Shown here in pieces: positions 11,320-24,500 of a DNA stretch of 64,000 nucleotides. The stretch's first letter is position 1; each line of letters opens with the position of its first letter. Origin of the DNA: Lama glama (Eukaryota); the NCBI GenBank assembly GCA_028534125.1, contig CM052841.1:61380001-61444000 (forward strand), written 5' to 3'. The notes below the pieces were generated by a model. The model saw nothing but the letters and a program-made list of their open reading frames with translations. It searched no databases and was not told the DNA's origin. Position numbers and translations under genes: made by a program.

Positions 11320-13587
11320 CTTCAGGAGAGAAAGAGCGAGAAGGTCTCAGGGAGGAGGCTTTACCCAAATCTGCCGTTTGCTCGGGGACTTCAGTGGGAC
11401 CCCCCCTCTGGGGACATTTGAACAAGAATGCTTGGGAGGGGACGGGGCTTCAGACCTGCTCAGACCTGCCTTCTACCTAGTGAGCTGTGTGATCTTGGGC
11501 AAGTGACTTAACCTCACGGAGCCACCGAATTCTCATGGTAAAATAAAGATGAGTGTGGTGCCTCCGTACAGGACCACCGTGGGAACTGAGCAAGGGTGCG
11601 TGCTCGCCCAGGGCTTACTGCAAATGGAGCATGCAAGGAGGACTCCACACCCCAGGCTTGAGCAGAAAACGGAAGTGACCTGTGATGGGCTGGGGGAGAG
11701 GGCCAAAGGGTTTTTTTAGAAATTTTTTTCAAAGAGTTGGAACTATTAGATCAAGAGTCTTTATAGAATGACAAAGGAAATGTTTAAGATGAAATGTTCC
11801 TCTATTCCTCCCCAGTCTGTATTCCAGCCAAAAAATTTTTTTTCACAAAAGAAAGATATTTTCATGAAGTTTTTGGCACTATCTTATCATGCTGGATTTT
11901 GCTGCCAAGGACAAGCAGTTCAGAACAACAGTAAAAGTGTGGGCAAGGCATTGCCCTTCCCAGGAAGGGGGGCCGGGCATTGTCAGGCCTAGAGAGGGAC
12001 CCCACTCAGGGCAAGGGCTGGCCCAGTCAAGTTTGTGGCTTTGGGAGCGGGTGTTGGGATGAGGTGAGGAGGGAGCAGGCGGCTGAGGCAGAAAGCCGAG
12101 AGGAGAAGGCCCAGGCGCCCCAGAGCCGCCCCGGCAGCCCAGGTTTTCCCAGAGTTTTCCTCCAGCTCCGCTGGGCCATCCCCTGAGGCCACACGGTCCA
12201 AGTGGCAGAGCCCTCGGCACACCACAGTCGGCCTCCCGTCGGCCAGAGACGGGGAGCTCACTTCCTTGCCGTCCCCTGACTGTGCTGCCGGACAGGCCCA
12301 ACAGTTGGGGTCACAGGGCAGTCTTCTCCTTGCTCTCCATAAGGGCCCTCAAGAAATGCTGTGCCAGCCCCTGTATCCCCCGTGTCTGAGCAGCTCCGAG
12401 GGTCATCTTTCAGCCCTGCTCTTCTTGAAGCCTTGGCAGCCCTGGCCTGAGAAGACTCAGGGCTTCCTCAGGAGACCCTTCAGCAGGGTCAGTTCCGTGC
12501 CAGTGAGGAGGTAGAGGAGTTAGCGTTTCCCCCGGTGTTGTGAGAACAGTCTGCTGAAGTGCGGCCGCTGTGAGGACCTGGAGTGGGGACCTCCCCGCCC
12601 CATGCAGGCAGCCGAGCTTGCCTGAACTGCAGGGACAGTCAGTCCTTGGAGGGCAGAGAGTGGCCTTCGTAAATGGGCAGCTGGAGCAGAAGGGGCCAAG
12701 CTTGCCCCTGAGAACAGACAGCCTTGCCCTGGAGGAGGGGTCAGCCCCTCACGGAGGAGCTGGGCCTCACTGCCACCCACCGGTGGGGGCCCAGGGACCC
12801 TCATCTCAAGGAATTGGTGTGGAGCCTTGCGATGCATTAGCTGTTGGGGGGGTTCATGTCTGGACTCAGGGCTGGACTGTCTGTGCTTCTTATAATTTTC
12901 TATTTTCTCCTTTTTTTTGATCTAATAAGGACCTGGATTTGAGACATGACCTTGGGCAGATCACTTGGTCTCTCCTACCTGGTTTCCTCTCAGTAGCTCC
13001 CCTCCAGCACTGCATTAACAGTACCTGCTAGTGACTAAGTATACAGAGAGCCGCTTGGATGGGGCTCCGACTCTGCCAAGTCCCAGACAAAGCACGTCAG
13101 GCACATGCTCTCTGACCTTCTCACCCCCCTGCTAGGTAGATAGTGTCCTTATTTCCAGAAGTGGAAACAGGCTCAGAGAGATTGAGCAGCATGCCTAGCA
13201 TGGAGGCACATAGGAGGTGGGGCCAGCATTGGTGCCCAGGGTGTATGGCCTGGAGCCCGCAGGGATATGTCGCCCTGATATCCAGTGCCTCAGGCAGAGA
13301 GTGATGCGGGTGCACAGCCCAGCACGAGGTCCGGCTTGGCCCAGAGTGGCCCTCCTACGTGTAATTTGTGCCCCTCTTTACCCTCTCCTGTTTGTAAATG
13401 CCACTTTGACCCAGGCTTGTGAAGGGGATCTGTGGGCAGAGGGCAGAGGCGTGGACCTTCAGGGGTCGGCAGCAAGGCTGGGCAGCTGGGCCTGGATCTG
13501 CCTGTTCTCAGGCCCGGGAGTCAGAGGCTCAGCTTTAGTTGAGCTCTCTCCCTGCCCTGCCGCTGGGCTTGACCCCGCTGGCCCTAC

Positions 13588-13858
13588 CTGTGTAGACGTC
13601 GTGGTCCCTGTCCAGAGTGGTGAACTGCTTGCCGTTGTGCCAGGTGAAGGAGTCGCCGGCGTTGCCGTGGTAGCGCCCCAGCCGCAGCTTGTAATACTCG
13701 CTCTCAGGCTCCAGGCGGAAGCTGGCATATTCTGCAAAGACCTTGCGGCCAGACCAGTCCTCCATGGTCACCAGCAGTTTGTAGTTGCCCTGGTTCGTCA
13801 GCCAGTAAATGTTCTCCAGGCCCAGCCAGTATTCGCCATCAATGTTCCCAAACCCTTG
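13588..13858 (-). CDS. ANGPTL2: ANGPTL2 exon 4 (271 nt): fibrinogen-like domain
   Basis: Translates QGFGNIDGEYWLGLENIYWLTNQGNYKLLVTMEDWSGRKVFAEYASFRLEPESEYYKLRLGRYHGNAGDSFTWHNGKQFTTLDRDHDVYT. Acceptor ttttcccag|CAA, donor ACAG|gtaggg. Confidence 0.98.
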
Positions 13859-14434
13859 CTGGGAAAAAGGCGGGCGAGCGTTAGTAAGGGATGTGCAGGG
13901 GGCTCCACCAACAGGGCCCGGCCGTCGGCTGCTCAGCGCCACACGGAGGGGCCTGGAAACCGGCAGAGCCTAAGGCCAGCCTGGGTTTAGTTCCCCACTC
14001 CCCGACCTGTGACTTGTTGAGTCACCTTGCCTGTCTGAGCCTCAGTCATGCATCACTCAGGACTATTTAGAGAGTGCCCGCTGTGTGCTAGGCATTGTGT
14101 GAACACAGGGGACACTGTTTCCTTCCCCACAGGGTTGCCAGATGACACACGCATATGGTAAATTGAGAGCCTAGCACACGACATGAGTTCCTCGGACAAA
14201 TCCCTTAGCTCCTCTGAGCTTCTGTTCCCTTCTCTGGGGATGGGCTGTGTGTGAGGGTCCCATGTAAACTAACGGTGTGACAGATGTGCGCTGTGACAAA
14301 TGTATGCCACATGCACCTGGGCTCCCTCCTAGCTCTAAAATCCAGTGGGTTTATTGTCATTTTTATATGTAGTTTTGGGAGTCATCACTCAAGTGGTGGC
14401 CATTTGAAGTCTTGAAAATAGGTGGACTCATTAA

Positions 14435-14650
14435 TGATCATAATAGCTAGCGTTTATAGAGTTCTTGTGACGTACTGGCACTGTCATCAGAACTCTCCAC
14501 AGGTTATTTTATTAATCCTCATGTCAATTCTATCAGCTAGGTTCTGTGATTATCTCCCTAGAATGGGTGAACTGGGGCCCAGGTCACACAGCACGTGAGG
14601 ATGAGCCAGGATTGAGTCAAGAACCCAGACTTAACTACTGTGCCTACTAC
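14435..14650 (-). mobile_element. MIR SINE in intron 3
   Basis: taatagctagcgtttatagagttctt...tggcactgt...ttaatcctcat...cccaggtcacacagc...gagccaggattga. Confidence 0.65.
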
Positions 14651-15589
14651 TCTGAGGACAAGAATGTGAAAAGGAAGCAAAAGGAGTTGAGGCATGAGGC
14701 TTCAGGAACTTCACAGCGAGGAGGCAGAGGAGAAGGAGGAGAAAGCAAAGGCCCAGGCTGGTCCAGAGGCGGGTGGGAAGGCTGGCAGGACTGGCGCAGG
14801 GCACGGCTGAGCCACGTGTGGGGGTCGTGGTCCAGGTAGTTTGTAGGTTTTGCAGGTGTCAGAGGCCACTTCCTGTCTGTGCAGCCTTTTCATCTGTACA
14901 CGGGGTCCACACCGGCCTCTCCCTCCCAGGGTTGGCGTGGGAGTAAAGGAGGTAATGAAGGGCAGTGCCCAGCGGGGTGCCTGGCGTGGTGGTGGTGGGG
15001 GCATCAGCAGACTGAGCTGCCCTTGCTGTCCTTAGTGCCACCTCTTTGTTCAGAGGAGGGAGGCGGGTGTGGGGCTGAACCCTCACAGCCTTTCCTCCCA
15101 CAAGGGCAAGCCTTCAACTCCCTGGGAACTGGGAGCCCAGAGGATGAGCCCTGGAATTAGGACCCACGTGCTCCTGCAGTTCCCTGCAACAGGCCACGTG
15201 GGGGATTCTCCCAGGGCCTGGGACCCTTGGGACTTGCCCCTTCTGGGCTGTGAGAACAGATCTTCCCCTTGGGACTCCCAGCTGGGAGTAAGATGCTCCC
15301 CACACCTAGGCTGGGTGAGGGGCTGCTGCACCCCAGCATTTCTAAATTCCCACCCTACCCCATCTGTGGGGCATTTGTGGTCTGGACTCCTCACTCTCCT
15401 GCTGCAGTTGGTGGGGGGCAGGGAAGGAGCTGCTGGTCCTCACCACCCTGGCGGGTTTGCAGAAATGGAGTGTCCTCCTCCCGTGCATGTTTCTAGTCTG
15501 GGCCACACAGGTCCTGACAGGCAGCACGCACCTTCCCTCCGAGGGCCCTGCACTGGCTGGTCAGGCCTCTCAGGGCGGGTGGTCCTCAC

Positions 15590-15783
15590 CTTGTAGGTCT
15601 CCCAGTTCCTGAAGAAGTTGACGGAGCCGTCCAGGCGCCTCTGGATGACGGTCCAGCCCCCAGGGTCGTGTCTCTGGTCACACCACACCTGCATGAGGCG
15701 GTTGGTGTTCTCTGGCTTCACCAGGTAGATGGAGCTGGTGTCGTGGCCATCCTCCAGGGCCTGCAGGCAGTCTCTCCACGGGC
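15590..15783 (-). CDS. ANGPTL2: ANGPTL2 exon 3 (194 nt): start of the fibrinogen-like domain
   Basis: Translates GPWRDCLQALEDGHDTSSIYLVKPENTNRLMQVWCDQRHDPGGWTVIQRRLDGSVNFFRNWETYK. Acceptor tccccag|GC, donor AAG|gtgagg. Phase matches exon 2. Confidence 0.98.
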
Positions 15784-15959
15784 CTGGGGACACAGGTGTG
15801 CACGTGTCACAGACCTCCCTGTCGCCTGGCCCCCGAGTCATGTTCTCCCCGCCCCCACCGCCAGCTGCACCCCAAGCTGAACAGCCTCGGGCAGGGCTCG
15901 GCTGGGAGCCACAGGCCTGCAGTGTGTAGGCACCGACTATGGTTTCCAGGTCTGTGAAG

Positions 15960-16170
15960 TAACATGATATAAAGACAAGAGCCCAGGGCTAGAACTCAGG
16001 ATGCCTGGATTCTGAGCCCGCTTTCACCCCTGACTCCCGCACGCTGTGATGTGGGTGAGCTTCTGCACCTCTCTAAGCCCGCGGTTTCCCCAGTTTGTAG
16101 AAGGGAGGTCATAGTTACTTCATTGGGGTTGTAAGGATTGCTGAGCTCATTTGTGTGCAGTTCCTGGAGT
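15960..16170 (+). mobile_element. MIR SINE in intron 2
   Basis: aagagcccagggctagaactcaggatgcctggattctgagccc...acctctctaagcc...ggggttgtaaggatt. Confidence 0.6.
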
Positions 16171-18319
16171 GATTTCTCTTTTAAGTTGGTTATATTGGCA
16201 AAAAGAGTCGCGTGCCTGCTACGAGGCAGTGGCGTCCTCCAGCCTGTGCGGGCTCCGCCAGGTCAGTGAGACGGGCTCGCTGCTTCCCGGGCACCCAGGG
16301 CTGAGGCAAGCTGCGCCCAGCGACTGACTCTGTGCCTGCCTTTCAGTGATGGTGCTCGGGGACAGCTGCTACAGCTTTCAGTAAGTGAACTTCCCTGGAG
16401 TTACAGGGGCCCAAGCAGTGCCTAGAATCTGTAGCCAGACATTTCAGGATATTTCTGGGATTCAGATGCTGGCCTCCAAATATTTTGGGGGTACCAAGTT
16501 CCCATTCAGCTCAATCTGTATTTTCCAAAGGAAGATCACTGAGGGCCAAGTGCCCAGATCTCATGTCCAGGGGTCCATGAGACCTCTGGACCAGCTTAAA
16601 GGATGGTGTCTAGGACACATCCCAGTCCCTGGCTCTCTTCTGAAATTGAGACCAGATGGGTCTGTAATGTGTGACTTCACCCAGCTTGGGCAGCCTGGTC
16701 AGAAGGGGTGGGTGTTGCTGGGAATCTGAAAAGCCACCATAGGTCTGTCAACACCCGTCCCCACTTCCCCTGGCGGTTTCCTGTGTTCAGACATCGGCCA
16801 CATCAGCAGGAGGGTGCAAACCAGAGTCACCAAGAGCCAGACAAGCTGGGTTCTTCCTTACTGATCTTAGTAAACTTCAGAAGTTTTTCAAAACCTAGCC
16901 ATTGGACTGTGTATTTTAAAATAAATAAAATCACCACACATAGCTTCAGCTTCTCTTCAAAACTGTTCTGGAGCAAGAATGGTTAAGACAAAATTTCTAA
17001 GAAAATTCCATCTTATTCTATTAATGCGTATGTTTATTCAACAACTGTCTGTTGAGTCCCAGCCCAGGCAGGTACTGTGCGGGGCCGTGGAAGCCTAGGG
17101 CACAGTGGGGCTCCTCTGATGCCCAGCAAGGCAGGAGCTGACCTCCCCAGCCTTCTCCCAACCTGAATTCCTGTGGAATCTTGCTCTTCCCCTTCTGTGT
17201 GTGTATGTTGGGGGAGTGGGGAGCAGGGATCAGCAGCAGATGCATTTAGCTTTTCTTGTGTGGCTCAGACGTCTCACCTCCCTTCCTGGCTGTGACTGGG
17301 CTTGGGTGTCTGCAGGTGATGGTTAAACAGGAGAAGTTTGGGTTTGGTCTTTGCTGGACGTCGCTGGTGGCGTTTCCGGAGGCCTCACAGCAGTGTGTGA
17401 GCACCATCACCTGGAGCCCGACGGGAGGCCAGGTGCTGTCTTGCTCACCCCTCTGTCCCCAGTGCCCAGTATAGCACCAGAAGGAAGATGGGTGTGGGTG
17501 CTCGCCACTGACAGCTCACCAGGGGCTCCTCCCCTCCTCCTCTGGAGAGAGACGCCTCAGCCATTTACGTACTTGCCAGTCCTCTTTCCCCCAAGGGACA
17601 GGGCAGGACCCCAAGTACCCGCCCAGCAGCAGATGTGACGAGCCCTGCTTCCTTCTTTGCCTTGTGCCTCTTCTGTCCTGGCAAGGGGAGGCCAGACCTC
17701 CAGAAAGAACATTCATGACGGAGAAAAAGATTTTGGTTGTATTCGGCCCACAGCCCCAGGGACCAAGGCAGAGAAAGGGAGTCTGTCCCCGACAGCTGGA
17801 GCAGAGCACGGAGCGGGCGTGGGAGGCCTCCCAGCTCGTTACCAAGTCAGACGCACAGGAGAGGCCTTTGGAGGCGGAAGCTGGTGACAAGATCCGGCAG
17901 AAGCCTGCAGAATAACACCCCCTGAAAACAAACAGCCAGACTTTTTGCTGCATAGTCGCCGCAGGGCTCCGCAGATTTTCAGACTGAAAGGCCGGCTTTG
18001 AAGGCATCGCCACGTGGGGAGAAGCTTCGAGGCCACCGGGAGACTGGCAGGTCAGCCTCGTGGCTCCCAGCCTGTACGCTTTCTGTGGGTGCCGTGGGTG
18101 GTTCCAGCTTTACCTTTGACATTTCCACAAAGGGCTGTTTTTAAAAGGCAAGTGTTTTAAAATGTTTTGGGGCCACCGATCCCTTTAAGAGTTTGAGAAA
18201 TTCTAGACCCTCTATCCAGAAAGATGCATAGACATACAACTTTGCTTATAATCAGAAGGTAAGTGGATGTCCAAACCCCATATTATGAAGCCCTGGAAGA
18301 GAGGCTTGAACAGAGCAGT

Positions 18320-18555
18320 AGCAATAATAAAATATTTCCACTAGCTAACCTATGGTGAGCATTTACTGTGTGCCCCATCCATGCATTTGTACACGAGGTC
18401 TTCCTGACATACCTGCCAGGTCGCTAGCAGTCTCCCCACTGCACAGATGAGGAAACTGGAGCGTGGGGACCTTAGGTGACATGCCGAGGTCACACGGCTG
18501 TTTGGGACAGATGCATTATCTGAACCCAAGTGGTGGTCCGGAACCCACGCTCTCA
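18320..18555 (-). mobile_element. MIR SINE
   Basis: gagcatttactgtgtgcc...ccccactgcacagatgaggaaactgga...ccgaggtcacacggct...tgaacccaag. Confidence 0.7.
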
Positions 18556-21500
18556 GACTTTCTTCTTTTCCTCCAACCAGAGTGAGCTCAAGGGTTGAGG
18601 GCCAGGCGGACTTCTCTCTGTGTCCCTACAACTATTTTTAATCGTTGCCAGTCAGCCAGGTTAAAAAAAAGTACGAATTTATACTCCTTCTTTGTCAAAG
18701 TGTTATTCCTTTTTTAAATCTTTATTGATTTGTTTTTCTTCTGTGTTTACCTGTTGGTATCTTTTGTCCATTTTACATCTATTTTAGCGTTTCTTACGAT
18801 GTAGAGGTTTTTCCTTGTCTTTTTTTTTTTTTTTTAAGGCAGATCCAGCAGTTCTTTCCTTTAAGGCTTTCAGGTATGTCGTGCTTTCTAGAATCATGCA
18901 GTAAGTTTGAAATAGTGTAGAAGTGTTTAGTATTTTCTGCTGTTACTAAAAACAAACTCCATATGTCTCCTGCATCCAGTATGTCACATGACACTGAGGA
19001 CCCACCAGCCTCCATCAAGAACATTTCCAGACAGTGGCCCCCAGCTACCCTTGCGGGCCTCTAGAAAATCTCCCGCATTCAAATACGTTCCCTTTTCTTA
19101 CACTAAAGGCACCAGTGGCAAAGGTCAGAAAATTAAATGTTGGGTGAAAGTTAGTCAGCAAAATCCTCAGCATTGAAAAGTTGGCAGCAATAAAGTAAAG
19201 TAGCAGAAAATGGCAGCAGTGAGATTATGTTGTGGCTGCTGAGTCCAATAGCTGAGTCCAAGCGTCCTCCTTTGGTGAGAACACTGTAACTGTTACATAA
19301 ACTGTCGCCAGGGGTCGGGGGGGGGGCAGGCACGGTGTCGGACTTTGACTAAGGAATCCATGGAGGAAGTGTCTGCTGGGGACAGGACCCCAAACTTGGA
19401 GTTCGGAGCTCTCGGCTCAAGGCTCGGTGGCCTCATCTCCTCACAGTTGACTTTGGGCAGGTCCTCCCTGAGCCTCACTGTCTTCTCCTGTAAACAGGGG
19501 GAAAGAACTCTACCTCCTCCGAGGGTCTCCTGAGCCCAGCACCCAGCACAAGGCCAACCAGGGCAGGTGCCAGTGAGGCTTTTTTTTTTTCTTTGATAGA
19601 GGAAAGCTGATAGTTTTGAAGTCGTCCACTTTCCGCCACCCCCGTCCCCGAACAGGTTACTGTGTTTGCTTTAGGATTTCCAAGATGAAGTGTCAGATTA
19701 TTTACTGATAGATGCTTGCCATAAAGGCGTATTTTAGAAGTCATAACTTCAGTGGAGAGGGCCACAAAGACGTGTTGGAATGAAGGACGGAAACCTTTTT
19801 TGTCAATGAAGCTGCATTTTCAGTGCGCGGCGGGCAGGGCTCTCCCTTGGAGCAGCGCGGCGTGCCGGGCGCTGTTTCACTTGGCGCTCCTTCTGAAAGG
19901 GCAGCTCTGCCTGGAGCACCAGGCCAACACTAACTCGGCGGCACCACGGCTCTGAGTGCAGTGAGCGCCCCGACCTCTCTCTATAAAGACCATATTTACA
20001 CTCCTGGCACAACTGCAGCCAGAACGTTCCACGTGAAGGGAAGTGTAGCCGCCGTGGCCGAGCTGAGTCTGCGTGGTTCCCTATAGGAACCACACAGGGT
20101 GTGAAAAGCACCCGGGGCTGGGAGTCAGGAGGCCTCGGGGAGAAGGCAGGTTGGCAATGGGAACACAGTGTGCAGGTCTTGGGCCCCGATCTCCAGTGTC
20201 TGGTGAATGTTGGAGGTGATGGGGTTTGGGTGCCTGAGTCCTCTCCCTGCTTCCTTCCTCCTCACTGGGGTTCTTGATGGAGGGATCAGGTGCACAGTTC
20301 ACCTACCCTCCCAGGGAGCCAGGAGCTACTTATTGCTAGCTTATCCAGGGCTCCAATACCCCAATGCAGGGCCTTTCTGGTAAAGCTGAATTAGAGCCTG
20401 CAGCCAGCCCCGGCCTGCGGGTAGCCTCCTAAGCCCAGTGTCCTCTCTGTGGATCTGAGACAGACCAGCTTCAGCCTGACTCACCCACCCAGGCCCCAGT
20501 GGAGAAATGGGCTCACCAACTGCACCAGTCTTCAGGATAGTCACCCCTCCTGCTAGGGAAACGTGGCCCCATGAATCTGACCAGGCCAACTGGCCGAGAG
20601 GCCAAGAGCTGAGAAGTGGGTGGACACTGGGGCCTGCGCGGGCGAGAGTGATGCCTCTTCTGCCTCGCCACGCCTGAGGCAGGGGAGAGCAGCAGAGAGT
20701 GCCTCCCGGCCGTGAGCTGGACTAGACCATGCACAGGCCTGCAGTCTGACAGGGCTCTTTATGCCCTCAGCCCAAGTCTCCAGACCTGACCACCCGAGGC
20801 CTCACAGAGGACCCTGTGGCCTGTGGGAAGTGTTCTGGGATGTTTCAGTCCATATGTGGGCCCTGGGGAGAGGCTTCTGTGACATCATCAAGAAATACCG
20901 CTTTTGTGTGAGAACGTACGCTGTTTCCAATTATTCTCACTGATGATCTGCCTCCAACAAGTCTTTTGCCACTCCCTGAAACATTTTTCTAGCAGGAGAA
21001 ATGACTGGTTGTTGAAACTGGATCTAGAATTTCCAACCCAGATTAATAATCTGAGCCCCAGGGCACATGGACTGCCCAGGTGTGGGTCCCACCCTGGCCA
21101 GCAGGAGGACCTGCTGGGCGTCCCGGGTGAGGGCGGGAGAGCAGACAGCAGGTGTGGGCAGCGAGGAGCCATCACCCGTGCCGCTCGAGTCTCACTTATC
21201 CAGGAGGCTGGGGAAATAATATTTTAGTTACGAACATACGTGTTCTATGTCAGTCACCACTTTTCAGGGAACCAGAATACAGAACAATAACCTAGCACAG
21301 GAATAGCTGGTACGTCACCAAGGTCGTCTCACTCAAGCTGCCACCGAGCCCCAGAGCTGACATTCTGAACTACGCTTCTGGGCCTTCTGGGGGAAGGGAC
21401 CAGCCGCTCAGGCCCTTTAAGTCCTCGGACAACAGGCATGCTGCTTGACAAGCTTTTCAGGAGTTTATGAAAAGTGTTTGAGGCCTAAAAAAAGTTGTTG

Positions 21501-24500
21501 GCTCTAAAATATGAAAAGAAAACTGCAAAATCAAAATGTGTATCATTAAATTTCTACAAAGTGTAACATCTGGTCAAGTTCATTGATTGTTAAATTTAGC
21601 CTTCATAAAAACTGTTATTACTTTCAAAAACAATTTGTAGGCTAGATTTTTCTCACTTCCCAAGAATTCCTGAACATGCCTGATGTTTGCCGAGAAATCA
21701 GAGCCAACCATAAATTAATCGTGCTGCTCTTGGCCAAATAATTTCAAAGGCAAAATTATTAAAAATCCTTTCAAAATTTTTACAGTAAAAGTTACATTAC
21801 ATGTTGAGGTGGGTATATTTCAGTACACTTGGGCCCGTGAAGAGTTTGAAGGGGTCCTGTTTCTGCCTGTTTGGCCTCTGGATAAACAGACACTGCAGTG
21901 TTGCTGCCCAAAGAACCCTTTCAAATGCGCTGTGCCCACTCCCAGGTTTCCACCAGGACCCTTGGGCAGGGGAAGAGACACGGACTTTAAAGTGATTATG
22001 AAAAGAAAAGAGGTCAGAATAGGAGGGAGCTGTGAGGGGCTCCCGGTGTGCAGAGGTGAGCAGCTCCCCGAGGCTCCTGGGACTGGTGGGGTGAAGCCCC
22101 GGGGCTCCCCAGCCGCAGTGTAGAGGCTGAGGGGTGCTGTTCTGCAGGCATGTCATGGAGGAGCTCGTCACACCATGACTGCGGTCCACGGATCCGGAAC
22201 GGGAGGCGTTCCTATGGTTGTCCAAGCCCTTAACCCTTTCCAAGAAAGGGAGTCAGCTTATGGGCTTGTTCTTAGAGAACCTGTGTTGGCTTTCATCGAT
22301 CACCTTCTGCTTTTCCAAATGCTCGCACACCCTTCTTCATAATCTTTTCTATAATTTCACTGGGGTTTGACCACAAGCCAACTGGGCTGTGATTTCTAGT
22401 ATTTTATCCTTTTTCTCATTCTGAAAACAGAACATTTGCCCCGCACCAAGCCTGATCTTCATGATTCCTCGATGATGGTGGCAGTGGTTCCAAGAGCATA
22501 TCTCCAGGCCCTCAGCCCTCCTCATCCCCTCCTCCAGGAAGTCTTCCCCCCACCCCAGAAGAGCTACTTACTCCTCCTCGGGGTTCCCATAATGCCTTGC
22601 ATATTAACCTCCACTGGAATGTATAAGAATGATGCCTGCCAGGGGTCTACAGCCCTTCACCTGCCAGGTGCTTTCCACGCGCTTTTATTTTACCCTCACA
22701 AGCCCCTGCAGCGGTGAGGAAACTACAGCGCAGAGAGGTCACACAACTGGGAAGAGGAGGATGTGGGATTAGAACTCAGCTCTGCCTTCCACTCCCTGGC
22801 TCTTTCTCCTGCACTGCGCTGTGGCTGTCACACTGTGTTAGGATTGTTGGGGGTCTGTGTCCCCACCAGACTGTGGGCTCCTTTGGGGAAGGAGCCTTCT
22901 CAGGGCAGTGATTATGAGTTGACCCCCCCAGTCTAGTGCCAAGGGGCACCTAGCACCTCTCATGCCTTCCTCTGTCTCCCATCTTCTCACCATTGTGAGC
23001 TGCATTCCCTTTGGCATCTTCATTCTGTTCTTTCCAGTTTGAGACTCGATAATAATAAATCCATGTGGAAACAGCAGCCCCACAACAAAGAATAATTAGC
23101 ATCCAGACCAAACCTTTGGAAAGGACACTGTTCTGCGGGCAGTCTGGACAGTGTGCAGAGCGAGTCTGCACTTCATGCCCAGGGTAGTGCCCAGTGACTG
23201 GATTCTCTGTTCCTGTGGATGTCACTCTAGCACACCGCCTAAGACAGCTTAGTTTCAACACTTGAAAAAAAATTTAAAAACTATTATATTTGTCACTTAA
23301 ACTAAAATTTTCCTAGCGAAATTTCTCTCTGTATGTCCAGTAATTTTACCTTAAATTATTGTACTCAAAAAAATCTACTAAGGGAAATCACTTATTCATT
23401 TAAAAAAAGAATGACATAAAAGCACTCCCAGCCCTGCAGCTCCACTGGCTCATCTTGAGGTGCAGGGCCGGGATCCTCAGACTCCTTTCTAATGTGCTCC
23501 TCTTCCAGAGTCACCCGGGGGCTGCTGAAGGGCTGCAGGGCTTGAGAAAGGGGCTGTGCCAGCGCTCCCGAGGGCGGTCTCTGCTGCCGACCTCCTTCCT
23601 CGATGCTGACAGGGACCACTGGGAAGTGCCCAGCCTTGCTTTAGACACTGTAGTGTGATGCTAACTTAGTTCTGCTGTCTTTATCTTTTTTTCTGGGGGA
23701 GCATCTGAGGGTTATGACACATTCCACTGCTTGAATTCACCACAACAATCCATTCCTAGGACCAGTGAGCTGGCCACAGATGCCTGAGCCCCCGGATTTT
23801 CTAGATGACGCTCAGTTTGCCAAGTGCCAAACTGTTGGGATTTCCAGACCACAAGGTGCCAGCTCACCACTTGTAACAATAACAAGTTGACAGTTTATCT
23901 CCTGGGGCTGTAAATAGCCTGAGCACTTAGCCGAACGTCCTCGCTGGAAAGTGCCTGAGTAATAGCGGGAGAGCTTGCCAGCACACTCGAAGGCTCTGTG
24001 ATCTGCTCCAAGGTACCCCAGGAGGAGAAGAGAGAAAGCGAAGCTGGGAGGAAGATGACCCAATTCGAACTCAAGAGGCTTTTGTTTATGAAGAGGCGAG
24101 CAAAGAATGCTCTTTGAAATATCACTGGATTACGTAGTTCGTAATGAATTCGGGAATCTTATTTTGTTCAACAATAACATTTTAGAAACAAGACAGCATA
24201 GCACAGTGAAAACAGCACAAGCTCCGTAGGCAAGAGACCTCAGTTGGGATTTCCCTCAGTCCCTGTGACTTTAAAGAGTTTCAGGCAGTGCTTGGTGGCT
24301 GTGGTCACCCTCACCATCCTCACAATGTCACCAACCCTCCTCCGGGCTCAGGCGCACATGGGACCAGCAGCTCTCATCTTGACTGACAGTTGCTTGACCT
24401 CCAGAAGGAGTAGGCCATACGTGATACATCTTGTTCTCGATTGTAAACCACAGTCTAATTACATATTTCCTACCTCGTTGTTCAAGTTGTCCTTGCCTCC

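Noticed and set aside
21470-21790. AT-rich islands (also about 18170-18300, 23240-23420, 49410-49670 and 63700-64000) as foreign DNA
   Set aside because: They look like decayed DNA-transposon or L1 fragments. I could not assign families confidently, so they are not listed as features.
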